Shown here piece by piece: positions 29,573 to 38,545 of a stretch of DNA of 64,000 nucleotides. Under the pieces are notes generated by a model. That model made no database searches, had not been told where the DNA came from, and saw nothing but the letters and a program-made list of their open reading frames with translations. Numbering within the stretch: the stretch's first letter is position 1; each line of letters starts with the position of its first letter. Source of the stretch: a virus; the IMG/VR virus record IMGVR_UViG_3300044675_005482, positions 49,998 through 113,997 of that record; one strand, 5' to 3'. Position numbers and translations under genes: made by a program.

Positions 29573-30578
29573 TCAAGTTAATGCTATAGACATAATTCCA
29601 GTTAACTCGTCGGCATTTTGCATGAGGGTACCTAGAGTAAAATTTAAGTCTTTGCAGGCCAGAACACCCACAAGCATATATTATAATTTTGTATACCCAG
29701 AAGAACATGATCCTAATTTAGAAATTACTGAGCAGAGAGACGTATTTGTTATTCCCTATGTTGAAAAATATTATCATAACTTTTTAGAGCTTATTCCAAA
29801 GATATTGTTTTTAAAAAATATTAACCCGAATTTTAGATTAATAGTAATTGCCAATAATGAGTCTGAAGTTAATCCAAAAACTGGACTTTTTTATGGGTGG
29901 GAAAAGGGGGAAGACGACAATAATCATAATTTGAGCAACATAAAAGAATTTTTAGATATGTCTAACATTAGATATATGTGTACTCATTCAAAATCAGATT
30001 TTTTTCAAAACATGGTTGCCCAATCAGCGTACATATTCTTTGATTATAAAAAAAATATTGGAAGAAATCGTCCAAGCTTTTATCCAAAAAATTATGATTT
30101 TCCAAACTCGTACCCCTTTCACGCAACTACAGCTCAGACCGCAGAGTCTTTAATGCCGTATCTTGAGATATTACATGGAATAATAAATGAAAGTATATCT
30201 GGAAATAGAAGCATATATGTATCTAGAAAACATTTTCCAGAAAGAAAATTAGATAACGAAGAAGCTTTAGAGCAATTTATGATTGATTCTGGATACGAGA
30301 TACATCATTTTGAAACAATGTCAATAGTTGATCAATTAAAATTAGTAAAAGAGTGCAAAAGAATAGTTATTTTAAATGGATCTTCCGCAGTTAATTGTAT
30401 GTTTGCCAACCCAGGCACAGAAGTTTTTGTTTTTAATAACGGGGCTGACATAGTAGGTCTTTACGAAAAGGCTTGTGAGGAGTATAATATACAATACAAC
30501 TTCATAGAAATGCCAGACAACAATGCAGAATGGATAATTGAATATTTAAAAACAAATAAACTTAATAAGCCTTTGTAG
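29562..30578 (+). CDS. Glycosyltransferase family 61-like
   Basis: YYHNFLE..PKI, IYVSR..RKLDNEE, DQLKL...NGS. Confidence 0.8.
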   Translation: MRYNQVNAIDIIPVNSSAFCMRVPRVKFKSLQARTPTSIYYNFVYPEEHDPNLEITEQRDVFVIPYVEKYYHNFLELIPKILFLKNINPNFRLIVIANNESEVNPKTGLFYGWEKGEDDNNHNLSNIKEFLDMSNIRYMCTHSKSDFFQNMVAQSAYIFFDYKKNIGRNRPSFYPKNYDFPNSYPFHATTAQTAESLMPYLEILHGIINESISGNRSIYVSRKHFPERKLDNEEALEQFMIDSGYEIHHFETMSIVDQLKLVKECKRIVILNGSSAVNCMFANPGTEVFVFNNGADIVGLYEKACEEYNIQYNFIEMPDNNAEWIIEYLKTNKLNKPL

Positions 30579-30641
30579 CTCAGAGGACAGAGCAGGACTC
30601 TTCTAAGGTCTTGGTCGCAGGTTCGACTCCTGCCAAGGGCA
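30569..30641 (+). tRNA. tRNA-Arg(TCT)
   Basis: Cloverleaf; anticodon loop CTTCTAA. Confidence 0.93.
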
Positions 30642-30645
30642 CAAG

Positions 30646-30718
30646 GCCCCTGTAGCCCAGTGGCAGAGGCACACGACTTAAAATCGTGAAAGCGTTGGTT
30701 CGAATCCAACCAGGGGCA
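30646..30718 (+). tRNA. tRNA-Leu(TAA), short variable arm
   Basis: GCCCCTG/CAGGGGC acceptor, CACGA-CTTAAAA-TCGTG. Confidence 0.93.
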
Positions 30719-30722
30719 CAAT

Positions 30723-30795
30723 TGGAGATTAGCTCAGCAGGCAGAGCGGGAAGCTGTTAACTTCTAGGTCATAGGTTCGAATCCTATATCTCCAG
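30723..30795 (+). tRNA. tRNA-Asn(GTT)
   Basis: TGGAGAT/ATCTCCA acceptor, loop CTGTTAA. Confidence 0.93.
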
Positions 30796-30815
30796 CAAAT
30801 GTTAAACAGTTTTAT

Positions 30816-31550
30816 TTAGTCTTCTTCTGGCGTCCAGGCAGGACCTTCAAGCCATCTACCTATAGATTCTTTTGATCTATCTTTTACATACTTAAGATAT
30901 TCTTCGCCTTTGTAATTATAAAATGTTCCAGGAGCATGTTCTGTTTTTGTTGCAAAACAAGAGAATGCATATCTTGTTCCAGAAGTCACAGGTTTTGTTC
31001 CATGATAATATGGAGACTCAGCGCCATGAATTACAACATCTCCAGGTTCTGGTTTATATATTAATTCTCCAGGCATGCATTCAATTTCAGCATTTGGTTT
31101 TAATGTTCCGTCTGGTAAAAATGCTGGATAAAAAACTTCTCCACCTTCAAATTCAGATAAATATGTTACAACACCATAATCAATTAGGCTACAGGTTCCG
31201 TATGTGTCTTCTTGTGTAAGCTCGTGAGCTTTATCTTTTCCTGGATTATCAGCATGAATAAACATTCCTTCATGACCTACTCTAGAGGTAATTACTTGAG
31301 ACTGTGGATTAATTACGTAGTCTGGATAAAGCAATTCTGACACATGCTCCCATAGATCTATAATGCCAGGAACTGGTGGGCTCATTTTGTCATCATACCA
31401 AGGAATAGCATTGCCCTCTTCCTGAAATAGCTCTGGATTAAAGGTATCTAGTATGCTTGAAAATCTATCGCACATCTCTCTGGGGACATATCCCTTAAAT
31501 ACGTATATGCCATCAATTATTTTAGTGCAATCTGGTCTGTCGTAGAACAT
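30816..31550 (-). CDS. 2OG-Fe(II) oxygenase (prolyl-4-hydroxylase-like)
   Basis: HAD..., YLSEFEGGE, HGTKPVTSGTRY. Confidence 0.88.
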   Translation of the reverse strand: MFYDRPDCTKIIDGIYVFKGYVPREMCDRFSSILDTFNPELFQEEGNAIPWYDDKMSPPVPGIIDLWEHVSELLYPDYVINPQSQVITSRVGHEGMFIHADNPGKDKAHELTQEDTYGTCSLIDYGVVTYLSEFEGGEVFYPAFLPDGTLKPNAEIECMPGELIYKPEPGDVVIHGAESPYYHGTKPVTSGTRYAFSCFATKTEHAPGTFYNYKGEEYLKYVKDRSKESIGRWLEGPAWTPEED

Positions 31551-31666
31551 TCCTTAATTATACCATAGGTAATATATTTCCTAGGCAACCACTTTTTTAA
31601 TAGAAAAAATGCTATAATACATATATATGCCATAGAGCATAAGCAATAATTTTAAAGGAGAATAAC

Positions 31667-32230
31667 ATGTCAAGCAATATACACCCAAATGCAGCAAAGG
31701 TGGTAGCAGCAGCAAAGAAGTATGCAGATGAAGGATACTCAGAGGGACCAAACAACGATACAATTTTTGGAAAGCGCTATGGAATGAATAATCAACCATG
31801 GTGTGCAATGTTTGTTTCAGGATGCTTTGATGATGCAGGACTAGTTCACCTAGTTGCAGCTTCAACCAAGAAGGGCTTTGCATCATGCGATGCAGGAGCA
31901 CAGTGGTTTGCAAAGAACAAGAGAATTGTTCCAATTGGACAAGCACAAGCTGGTGACGTAGTATTCTTTAACTTTGATAAGACTCCTACAGATACAGAGC
32001 ATGTTGGAATTGTTGTTAAGAATGACGGAAAGAATCTTCATTGCTATGAAGGAAACACAAGCGGAAACGCAAAAGGATCTCAAGCTAACGGAGACGGTGT
32101 ATTTCTTAAGAAGAGAGCATACAGCTTAGTAATGTCAGTTGCTCGCCCAGATTGGGATGCAGCTCCAAAGGCTGCGGCTGCAGCTCCTGCAAAAAAGGCA
32201 GCAGTAAAAGCGCCAGCAAAGAAGAAGTAA
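31667..32230 (+). CDS. CHAP-domain peptidoglycan hydrolase (endolysin candidate) with Ala/Lys/Pro tail
   Basis: QPWCAMFVS, GDVVFF, HVGIV, EGNT. Confidence 0.88.
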   Translation: MSSNIHPNAAKVVAAAKKYADEGYSEGPNNDTIFGKRYGMNNQPWCAMFVSGCFDDAGLVHLVAASTKKGFASCDAGAQWFAKNKRIVPIGQAQAGDVVFFNFDKTPTDTEHVGIVVKNDGKNLHCYEGNTSGNAKGSQANGDGVFLKKRAYSLVMSVARPDWDAAPKAAAAAPAKKAAVKAPAKKK

Positions 32231-32461
32231 ATGCTTCATAGATGGTTGCCAAATCCAGATAACAGTATAGATTATAATTATTTAGATATCGATACTCACA
32301 ATGGCCCATTTTGCGACGTATGCAGAAAGTTTTTTTGTATGATATGCGACGACCTATCTCTTTTAAAGTGCGAAGAAGATCCAGATCCTAGCATAGAGTG
32401 GTCTCCAATAGGTGGAGAACTTGCAATGGCAATAATAAATAGAAAAGGTCACAATGAATAA
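32231..32461 (+). CDS. Hypothetical Cys-rich protein
   Basis: CDVC..CMIC. Confidence 0.55.
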   Translation: MLHRWLPNPDNSIDYNYLDIDTHNGPFCDVCRKFFCMICDDLSLLKCEEDPDPSIEWSPIGGELAMAIINRKGHNE

Positions 32462-33044
32462 AGTAGAATTAGGTCCAGACATTTGGGCAATTGAAGATTT
32501 CTTATCTAAAGAAGAATTAGATCAGCTTGTAGAGTTGGCAGAATCAAAGACTCAAGAAGATTGGGAGTATCAGTATAACTTTGATATTTCACAGGCCGCC
32601 TCACAAGATGGTAAATTTAAAAAGGGTGACCCAGAATTTGATGAAGCAGTAAAAAAGAAAAATGTGTTTTGGGATGACAAAATGTTAGCAATATCTTTTC
32701 CAGAACTAAGAAAAATTCTTACAAAGAGAACGCTAGATGCATTTGACAATCAGTATAGAATCAATGAAATAGCACGAATTCAAAGACAATATCCTGGAAC
32801 AGAGTTAAAGGTTCATCACGATCAGGGCTACGACATGACTCTATTAAGAGCGGTTATCATTTACCTTAATGATGATTATGATGGTGGAGAACTTTACTTT
32901 ACACAGCACGACTTAAAGCTTAAACCAAAGGCTGGTACCCTGGTTACATTCCCAGGAACTGACGACTACTTACATGGGGTGGCAAATGTATTGCCAGGCA
33001 AAACACGCTATGTGATTAGCACATTTGCTTTTTCTAAGGACTAA
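32454..33044 (+). CDS. 2OG-Fe(II) oxygenase
   Basis: HHD, YLNDDYDGGEL, HGV...TRY. Confidence 0.9.
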   Translation: MNKVELGPDIWAIEDFLSKEELDQLVELAESKTQEDWEYQYNFDISQAASQDGKFKKGDPEFDEAVKKKNVFWDDKMLAISFPELRKILTKRTLDAFDNQYRINEIARIQRQYPGTELKVHHDQGYDMTLLRAVIIYLNDDYDGGELYFTQHDLKLKPKAGTLVTFPGTDDYLHGVANVLPGKTRYVISTFAFSKD

Positions 33045-33048
33045 TACA

Positions 33049-33555
33049 ATGAATATATCAATACTTGGCAATGGTTTTATTGCATCTGCATTAATAGAAA
33101 TTATTGATGATTACAATAAAAAAGAAGAAGCAAACAAAATAAACATCAATAACGTTCTTGTCAGAAACCCTTCTAGATATAGCAATGTTTCAGAATATAT
33201 GACTACTGATTTAGAAGACATTCTTCAAAACCAAAGCGATATTGTTATAGATCTTAGTAATAACATAAAGTTTTCTTTAGAGACATTGCCTAAAATTGCT
33301 GCTGCTGGTAAATCTATAATGGTTCTAGGCAAAGTTTTTCTTTCAGAGCACGGTAAATTTGTATCCAACTTAGAAAAAGAATATGGAATAAAGGTTTTAA
33401 TAGGAGGCTGTATTTCTGCTGACCTTCCACTTAACATATCAGATTCTAATCCAATGTATTATCCAGGAGTTAATTACATTGAAAAAAGAGGGAATAGCTC
33501 TGACCAAGTCTGTACTGCAATTTTTGAAGAACTCATATATTTCTATAGCAAGTAA
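33049..33555 (+). CDS. Homoserine-dehydrogenase-like NAD-binding (Rossmann) domain protein
   Basis: ISILGNGFIA, VLVRN, TTDLEDIL..DIVIDL. Confidence 0.6.
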   Translation: MNISILGNGFIASALIEIIDDYNKKEEANKININNVLVRNPSRYSNVSEYMTTDLEDILQNQSDIVIDLSNNIKFSLETLPKIAAAGKSIMVLGKVFLSEHGKFVSNLEKEYGIKVLIGGCISADLPLNISDSNPMYYPGVNYIEKRGNSSDQVCTAIFEELIYFYSK

Positions 33556-33571
33556 TATGATATAATTATAC

Positions 33572-33628
33572 TAGGATGCCCGATAGGGGTCCTAATATAA
33601 CTTATTCGCTTGAAAGGGGAATAAAATG
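33572..33628 (+). promoter_or_regulatory. ROSE-like RNA thermometer in the hsp20 leader
   Basis: Two hairpins; the second, TTATTCGCTT-gaa-AGGGGAATAA, sequesters the SD with UCGCU. Confidence 0.55.
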
Positions 33629-34045
33629 GTAACACAATTTGCTATGGATCTTTTTAGAGATCCATTTTTTATTGGCTTTAATCGTGAGTTAGAAAGAATG
33701 GCTAATGTGCACAATGCTGCATCTCGTCAATCTTATCCTCCATATGATGTATTAAAGCTAGATGATGACACATACAGAGTGTCACTTGCAGTAGCAGGAT
33801 TTACAAAGGAAGATATTGATCTATCAGTAGACAATGGAACCCTTGTAGTATCTGGAGAAATCACAGAAATTACCGATGCAGAAGTTTTGCATAAAGGAAT
33901 TGCTGCCCGTAAGTTCACAAGGTCTTTTGCCCTTGGAGAATACATGGAAGTCTCTACTGCGTCGTTAAAGGACGGAATGCTTCATATTGATATTGATCGC
34001 ATTATTCCTGAAGACAAAAAGCCAAAAACAATTAAAATCAAATAA
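33626..34045 (+). CDS. Small heat shock protein (Hsp20/IbpA-like)
   Basis: YPPYDV, LAVAGF, HKGIAARKFTRSF, LKDGMLHI. Confidence 0.95.
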   Translation: MVTQFAMDLFRDPFFIGFNRELERMANVHNAASRQSYPPYDVLKLDDDTYRVSLAVAGFTKEDIDLSVDNGTLVVSGEITEITDAEVLHKGIAARKFTRSFALGEYMEVSTASLKDGMLHIDIDRIIPEDKKPKTIKIK

Positions 34046-34103
34046 GGTATAATAGTACTGTCCCATCGGATGGGATATCGGGCTAATAGTTACGCCTTAG
34101 GAT

Positions 34104-34130
34104 GGACCTGAGCATGTCCTCAAACTGCTC
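34104..34130 (+). ncRNA. Small H-type pseudoknot motif, copy 1
   Basis: GGAC-CTGAGCAT-GTCC-TCAAACTGCTC. Confidence 0.6.
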
Positions 34131-34149
34131 TTTAAATTTAGGGAGACAC

Positions 34150-34557
34150 ATGTTTGAATACAGGGTTAAGCAGGTAACAAAGGTAGTGGACGGAGATACT
34201 ATTGATGTTGATATTGATCTTGGTTTTAGCATATCTTACTCTCAAAGATTAAGACTAGCTGGAATAGATACACCAGAGTCTAGAACATCAGACAGGTTTG
34301 AAAAGACACTTGGAGTTGAATCAAAGGATTATTTAAAACATAAGTTAAAAGATGCTAAGGATGTAGTTGTAAGAACAGAAAAGCCAGACAGCTCAGAAAA
34401 GTATGGCAGAATACTTGGTTGGGTTTATGTTGATGGAAACACAAAATCAGTTAATGAACAAATGATTGAAGATGGATATGCATGGGGATACATGGGAGAA
34501 ACTAAGGTCAAAGATTTTGCAGCCTTAGCTGAAAAGAGAAAAAAGAGCGGCAAGTAA
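34150..34557 (+). CDS. Thermonuclease (SNase-like)
   Basis: VVDGDTI, RLAGIDTPE, KYGRILG. Confidence 0.92.
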   Translation: MFEYRVKQVTKVVDGDTIDVDIDLGFSISYSQRLRLAGIDTPESRTSDRFEKTLGVESKDYLKHKLKDAKDVVVRTEKPDSSEKYGRILGWVYVDGNTKSVNEQMIEDGYAWGYMGETKVKDFAALAEKRKKSGK

Positions 34558-34745
34558 TGCCAGTATACGAATACAAATGTAGATTAGATGAAGCACATGC
34601 TTTGTTATCAATAACAAGATCCATATCAGATTCAGATCCAGGATACAGATGTGAAGAATGTAACTCAGAAATGATAAGACACTTTAGTCCATTTGGTATA
34701 CAGTTTAAGGGTAACGGCTTTTATAAAACAGATAATCCTAGTTAA
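34557..34745 (+). CDS. FmdB-family zinc-ribbon protein
   Basis: MPVYEYKC...CEEC...FKGNGFYKTD. Confidence 0.88.
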   Translation: MPVYEYKCRLDEAHALLSITRSISDSDPGYRCEECNSEMIRHFSPFGIQFKGNGFYKTDNPS

Positions 34746-34812
34746 TTTTAACTAACATTCTGCTATAATTACTAAGTAAGCAAAGATATTGCATTACTTA
34801 GGAGATACCTAG

Positions 34813-37326
34813 TTGACTAGAAAGTTACAGTATTTTTTAACCAGCCTTTTTATAATCGGCTGGCTTTTCCTTTTTGGGCCCAGTATAGCAAATGCTGATG
34901 AGCCAACAGTTCAAGTAACTCCAGCTAATCCTTCTTCAGATACTGCCACAGCAACCACTCCTATTACAGTTGAAACGGTTGCAGATAAGGTAGAAGCGGC
35001 AGCAGATACATTACAGGCAGCAGCAGAAACACAAGCAGCTGCTATAACTACTACAATTCAAGCTAATGTTCCTAACACAACAATAACACAAGCAGCTACA
35101 ATTGCTACCACACAAGAGCCAATTGCTACTGCAGTTGCAGAGGCTACAGTAAAGGTGCAAGAGGCCACAACAGCGATTCAGTCTGCTGAGACAGCGGTTT
35201 CTGTTGCTACAACGGCACAGTCAGCTGTTGAGTCACAAACGGTGGTAGTTGCAGAAGCAACAACAAATTTAAATAATGCTCAGACAGCATTAAATACAGT
35301 AACTCAGCAAGTCGAATCACAGACCGCAGTGGTTGCTGCAGATACTGCAAACGTAGCAGTGGCGCAGGCTGCCGTTAATGCACAGACCACCGTAGTAAAT
35401 ACCGAAACTTCAGAGCTAACTGCTCTTCAAAATACTCCTTCAGATTCTAAAACCTATACAACTACTGGATATGTAGCCCCAGTTGCTCCTGAAAATCCAA
35501 CCACAACCACTACAGTTTTGCCAGCAATGTATGATGCAGCAACTAAAATAAACACACCGTTTGATATCAAAATGGGTAACACTGTTTATGAAGGACAGGG
35601 CAATAATAGCCAGATATATGTAACTTCAAAAGCAACTATTACATTTGGCGTGGGAGATTTTAACTGGACCGACTTCCCAGCAGGTGCACACATTTCAGTA
35701 TTTGGTAGTGATTTTATGAGTGCAGGTCCTGGTGCTGGAATTACTGTAAAAACAACAGAGACAACTTTAGCTGTTGATTGGGATCTTCATAGATTTGGAG
35801 ACAATAATGGACCAATTACAAATGTTAATTGGACTATGACTGTTAACCCTACAACAGGTGAATGGACTGGTGTAGGTACCGTTGCTGGTAATACTACATC
35901 ATTATATGGCGGACCTCGTATTGGAATTCGTGAGGCTTCTGGCCAAGCTGTAAAGCCAATGACAAATGTAACTAATACAGAACTAACTGCTCAAATTGAA
36001 AGTCAAACAGCAGTGGTTGCTACTGAAACTGCAGAACTAACTACCTTAGTCCAAGAAAAGAATGAAGCTGTAGCGGTACTTGCAGCAGACACTGCAATTC
36101 TAAATACATTGCAAGCGCAAAAAACAACTGCTGAAGCAGTAGTTATAGATAAAACAGAAATTAAAACAGCAGAAGTTGCAACTTTAACTCAACTTACAGA
36201 AACTGCAACGGCCACAGTTCAGGCTGCAGATACACTTGCAAATACAGCAACTACAAAAGTAAATGAGGCAGTAACAGCAATGACAAATGCTGCACAAGTT
36301 ACTACAAATTATTACGCAGAACAGAGAGCTGCACAACAAGCAGCGTCTCAGGCAGCTGCAGAAGCAGCAGCACAACAAGCAGCACAAGAAGCTGCGGCAG
36401 CGGAAGCTGCAGCGGCCAAAGCAGAAGCAGAAGCTAAAGCAGCTGCAGAAGCTGCAGCAAAAGCCGAAGCCGAAGCAAAGGCAGCCGCTGAAGCAGCGGC
36501 CAAAGCAGAAGCAGATAGAGTTGCTGCTGAGGAAGCAGCAGCTAAAGCAGAAGCAGATCGTGTAGCAGCAGAAGAAGCTGCAGCAAAAGCTGAACAAGAA
36601 GCTAAAGAGCAAGCAGAGGCAAATGCTAAAGCAGAAGCAGAAAGATTAGAGGCAGAAGCAGAGGCTGCAAGACAAGCAGAAGAGCAAGCCAAAGCAGAAG
36701 CAGAAGCTAAAGCACAAGAAGAAGCAAATGCAAAAGCAGAAGCGGAAGCTAAGCAAGCAGAGGCAGATAAATTAAAGGCTGAGGCGGAAGCAAAAGAGGC
36801 AGAGAAGGAAGCCCTTGATAAAGCTATAGAAGATGCTAAACAAGGTAAAGAATTAACTGAAGAACAAAAAGACGCAGTAGTTGAAAGTCTTGTTGCAGAC
36901 CTAAAGCAAGGAGAAGCAGTAAGTTCTGCAGATATTAAAGCATCTGGAATTGAATATAAAGATCTTCCACCTGCAACCCCAGTAGATGTTAGAACAGATG
37001 AAAATGGAAATGCAGTTGTAATTACTGCAGCAGTTGCTGCACAAGTAGAATTATTACAAAATCCTTCAGAGCTTTTGTCAACAGCATTAGAGAATCCAGC
37101 TGCAGCAATTGCAGCATTGGGCGCAATCGGTGCTGACATGTCAGATGAAGAAAGAGAAGAAGCAACAGATATGGTTGTTGCTACAGTAGTTGCAGCAGGT
37201 GCTGCAATTAACGCAGCAGCCGTTGCCACAGGAGGAGCCACAGGAGGTGGCACAGGAGGCGGAGGAAGTTCTGGTGGGGGCTCAGGAGCCAATTCACCAG
37301 GTTCACGAGGAGGAAGAAGATGGTAA
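34813..37326 (+). CDS. Large exported Ala/Thr-rich protein with TolA-like EAAAKAEA repeats and C-terminal hydrophobic segment
   Basis: Signal peptide ending ANA-D, long coiled coil, GGAG RBS before TTG start. Confidence 0.8.
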   Translation: MTRKLQYFLTSLFIIGWLFLFGPSIANADEPTVQVTPANPSSDTATATTPITVETVADKVEAAADTLQAAAETQAAAITTTIQANVPNTTITQAATIATTQEPIATAVAEATVKVQEATTAIQSAETAVSVATTAQSAVESQTVVVAEATTNLNNAQTALNTVTQQVESQTAVVAADTANVAVAQAAVNAQTTVVNTETSELTALQNTPSDSKTYTTTGYVAPVAPENPTTTTTVLPAMYDAATKINTPFDIKMGNTVYEGQGNNSQIYVTSKATITFGVGDFNWTDFPAGAHISVFGSDFMSAGPGAGITVKTTETTLAVDWDLHRFGDNNGPITNVNWTMTVNPTTGEWTGVGTVAGNTTSLYGGPRIGIREASGQAVKPMTNVTNTELTAQIESQTAVVATETAELTTLVQEKNEAVAVLAADTAILNTLQAQKTTAEAVVIDKTEIKTAEVATLTQLTETATATVQAADTLANTATTKVNEAVTAMTNAAQVTTNYYAEQRAAQQAASQAAAEAAAQQAAQEAAAAEAAAAKAEAEAKAAAEAAAKAEAEAKAAAEAAAKAEADRVAAEEAAAKAEADRVAAEEAAAKAEQEAKEQAEANAKAEAERLEAEAEAARQAEEQAKAEAEAKAQEEANAKAEAEAKQAEADKLKAEAEAKEAEKEALDKAIEDAKQGKELTEEQKDAVVESLVADLKQGEAVSSADIKASGIEYKDLPPATPVDVRTDENGNAVVITAAVAAQVELLQNPSELLSTALENPAAAIAALGAIGADMSDEEREEATDMVVATVVAAGAAINAAAVATGGATGGGTGGGGSSGGGSGANSPGSRGGRRW

Positions 37327-37499
37327 GAATAATAAAGAATATCCTAAAGGATATGGTAGACCAAGCATGGACGCTTCTCGGTATGTTTATTGCTTGGGTA
37401 GTTCTGGACGGAAGTGCAAAGACTGTAGTTGGTTATGGAATCATGGCAACAACTGCTCTTTGGATAATTACAAGCCCGATCAGAAATAGAGAGGAATAA
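37320..37499 (+). CDS. Small two-TM membrane protein (59 aa, not in ORF track)
   Basis: QAWTLLGMFIAWVVLDGSAKTVVGYGIMATTALWII. Confidence 0.7.
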   Translation: MVRIIKNILKDMVDQAWTLLGMFIAWVVLDGSAKTVVGYGIMATTALWIITSPIRNREE

Positions 37500-37501
37500 A
37501 A

Positions 37502-37792
37502 ATGGCAAAAGCACATATTGAAGAGCCAGTACAGGTAGGTTCTGGAGCAATTGCAAGCATCAATAACATATTCATGAGAATTGTTGCTGTATTTGCAGCA
37601 TCAGGACTTTCAGTAATTGGAGCAGGAGCAGTAGTCGGAATTGAAACATACAAGGCTGTTATTCTTGCTGGAACATTAGGAGTAGCAACAGTAGTTGAGA
37701 AATTAGCTCGTGGTTTCCTAGATGATGGCAAGCTAACAATTGATGAAATTAATTCAGCGTTTTCAGCAGTCGATAAAAAAGCTGCGAAATAA
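37502..37792 (+). CDS. Membrane protein, holin-like
   Basis: Two hydrophobic helices, charged C-terminus. Confidence 0.6.
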   Translation: MAKAHIEEPVQVGSGAIASINNIFMRIVAVFAASGLSVIGAGAVVGIETYKAVILAGTLGVATVVEKLARGFLDDGKLTIDEINSAFSAVDKKAAK

Positions 37793-37807
37793 TGCTATAA
37801 TAGTATT

Positions 37808-37951
37808 ATGAAAACCTATTTAATTAAGTTATCTGTTGATATTGAAATAGAGGCCTTTAATGAGGACGATGCTAAAGAATATTTATCAGACATATTTAAT
37901 ATTGATGATGAGATTAAAAAGGTTGGCATAGTAAAAATTATTGAAAAATAA
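37808..37951 (+). CDS. Hypothetical protein (47 aa)
   Basis: Leaderless ORF MKTYLIKLSVDIEIEAF... Confidence 0.55.
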   Translation: MKTYLIKLSVDIEIEAFNEDDAKEYLSDIFNIDDEIKKVGIVKIIEK

Positions 37952-38019
37952 TCGTTGACAAACCTCATTAATACAATGTATAATAGTTATACCAGGCGGA
38001 CTGAGTGATAGGAAAATGA

Positions 38020-38253
38020 GTGCTTAATCTCACCGAAAAGGGTGTTGAGGTATTTATCAAAAAATACAAAAGCGACAAGCAAGAGTCTTTCTGGGATAAC
38101 TACGACCTAATTATTTGGAATAAAAATAATAGTGGTTTTACAAACATCAAAGGACTTTTCAGAAACAATTCATGGGGCCTAGCAGATAAAATATCTGTTA
38201 GTGATCAAGGAGTCTGGAAACTGTCAAAAAAGTATGTCAAATATTTTAAATGA
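38020..38253 (+). CDS. Hypothetical protein
   Basis: ORF downstream of TTGACA-17-TATAAT. Confidence 0.65.
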   Translation: MLNLTEKGVEVFIKKYKSDKQESFWDNYDLIIWNKNNSGFTNIKGLFRNNSWGLADKISVSDQGVWKLSKKYVKYFK

Positions 38254-38545
38254 ACTTGGTATAGATAGAGACGACTTTCAATGGTTCCATCTTGCGCTAT
38301 GTCGTGGGATGGACACCAATTTGTTCTATGACAAGTACGAAGCAGATGTAAATATAGCAAAAAATATAGACGAGGCCTGTCTTGGGTGCCCCGTTATTAA
38401 AACATGCTACGAGTTTGGTACTGAAAACAACGAGCACGGAATCTGGGGTGGAGTGTACTTAAACTCTGGATCAACAGATAAAGCCAGAAACTCTCATAAA
38501 ACAAAAGAGGTCTGGAAGAGACTAAAGGCAAAGCATGGAAAATAA
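38234..38545 (+). CDS. whiB: WhiB-family Fe-S transcription factor
   Basis: ALCRGMDTNLFY...CLGCPVIKTC...HGIWGG. Confidence 0.92.
   Translation: MSNILNELGIDRDDFQWFHLALCRGMDTNLFYDKYEADVNIAKNIDEACLGCPVIKTCYEFGTENNEHGIWGGVYLNSGSTDKARNSHKTKEVWKRLKAKHGK

Noticed and set aside
30461-30721. 86-aa minus-strand ORF
   Set aside because: Antisense to the tRNA cluster
36330-36800. Tandem nucleotide repeats as a CRISPR or VNTR array
   Set aside because: They encode EAAAKAEA helical repeats with synonymous variation and have no unique spacers
36184-37292. Long minus-strand ORFs (142 aa Cys/Phe-rich, 314 aa Ala/Ser-rich)
   Set aside because: Antisense shadows of the GCA/GAA-rich repeat in the 837-aa gene
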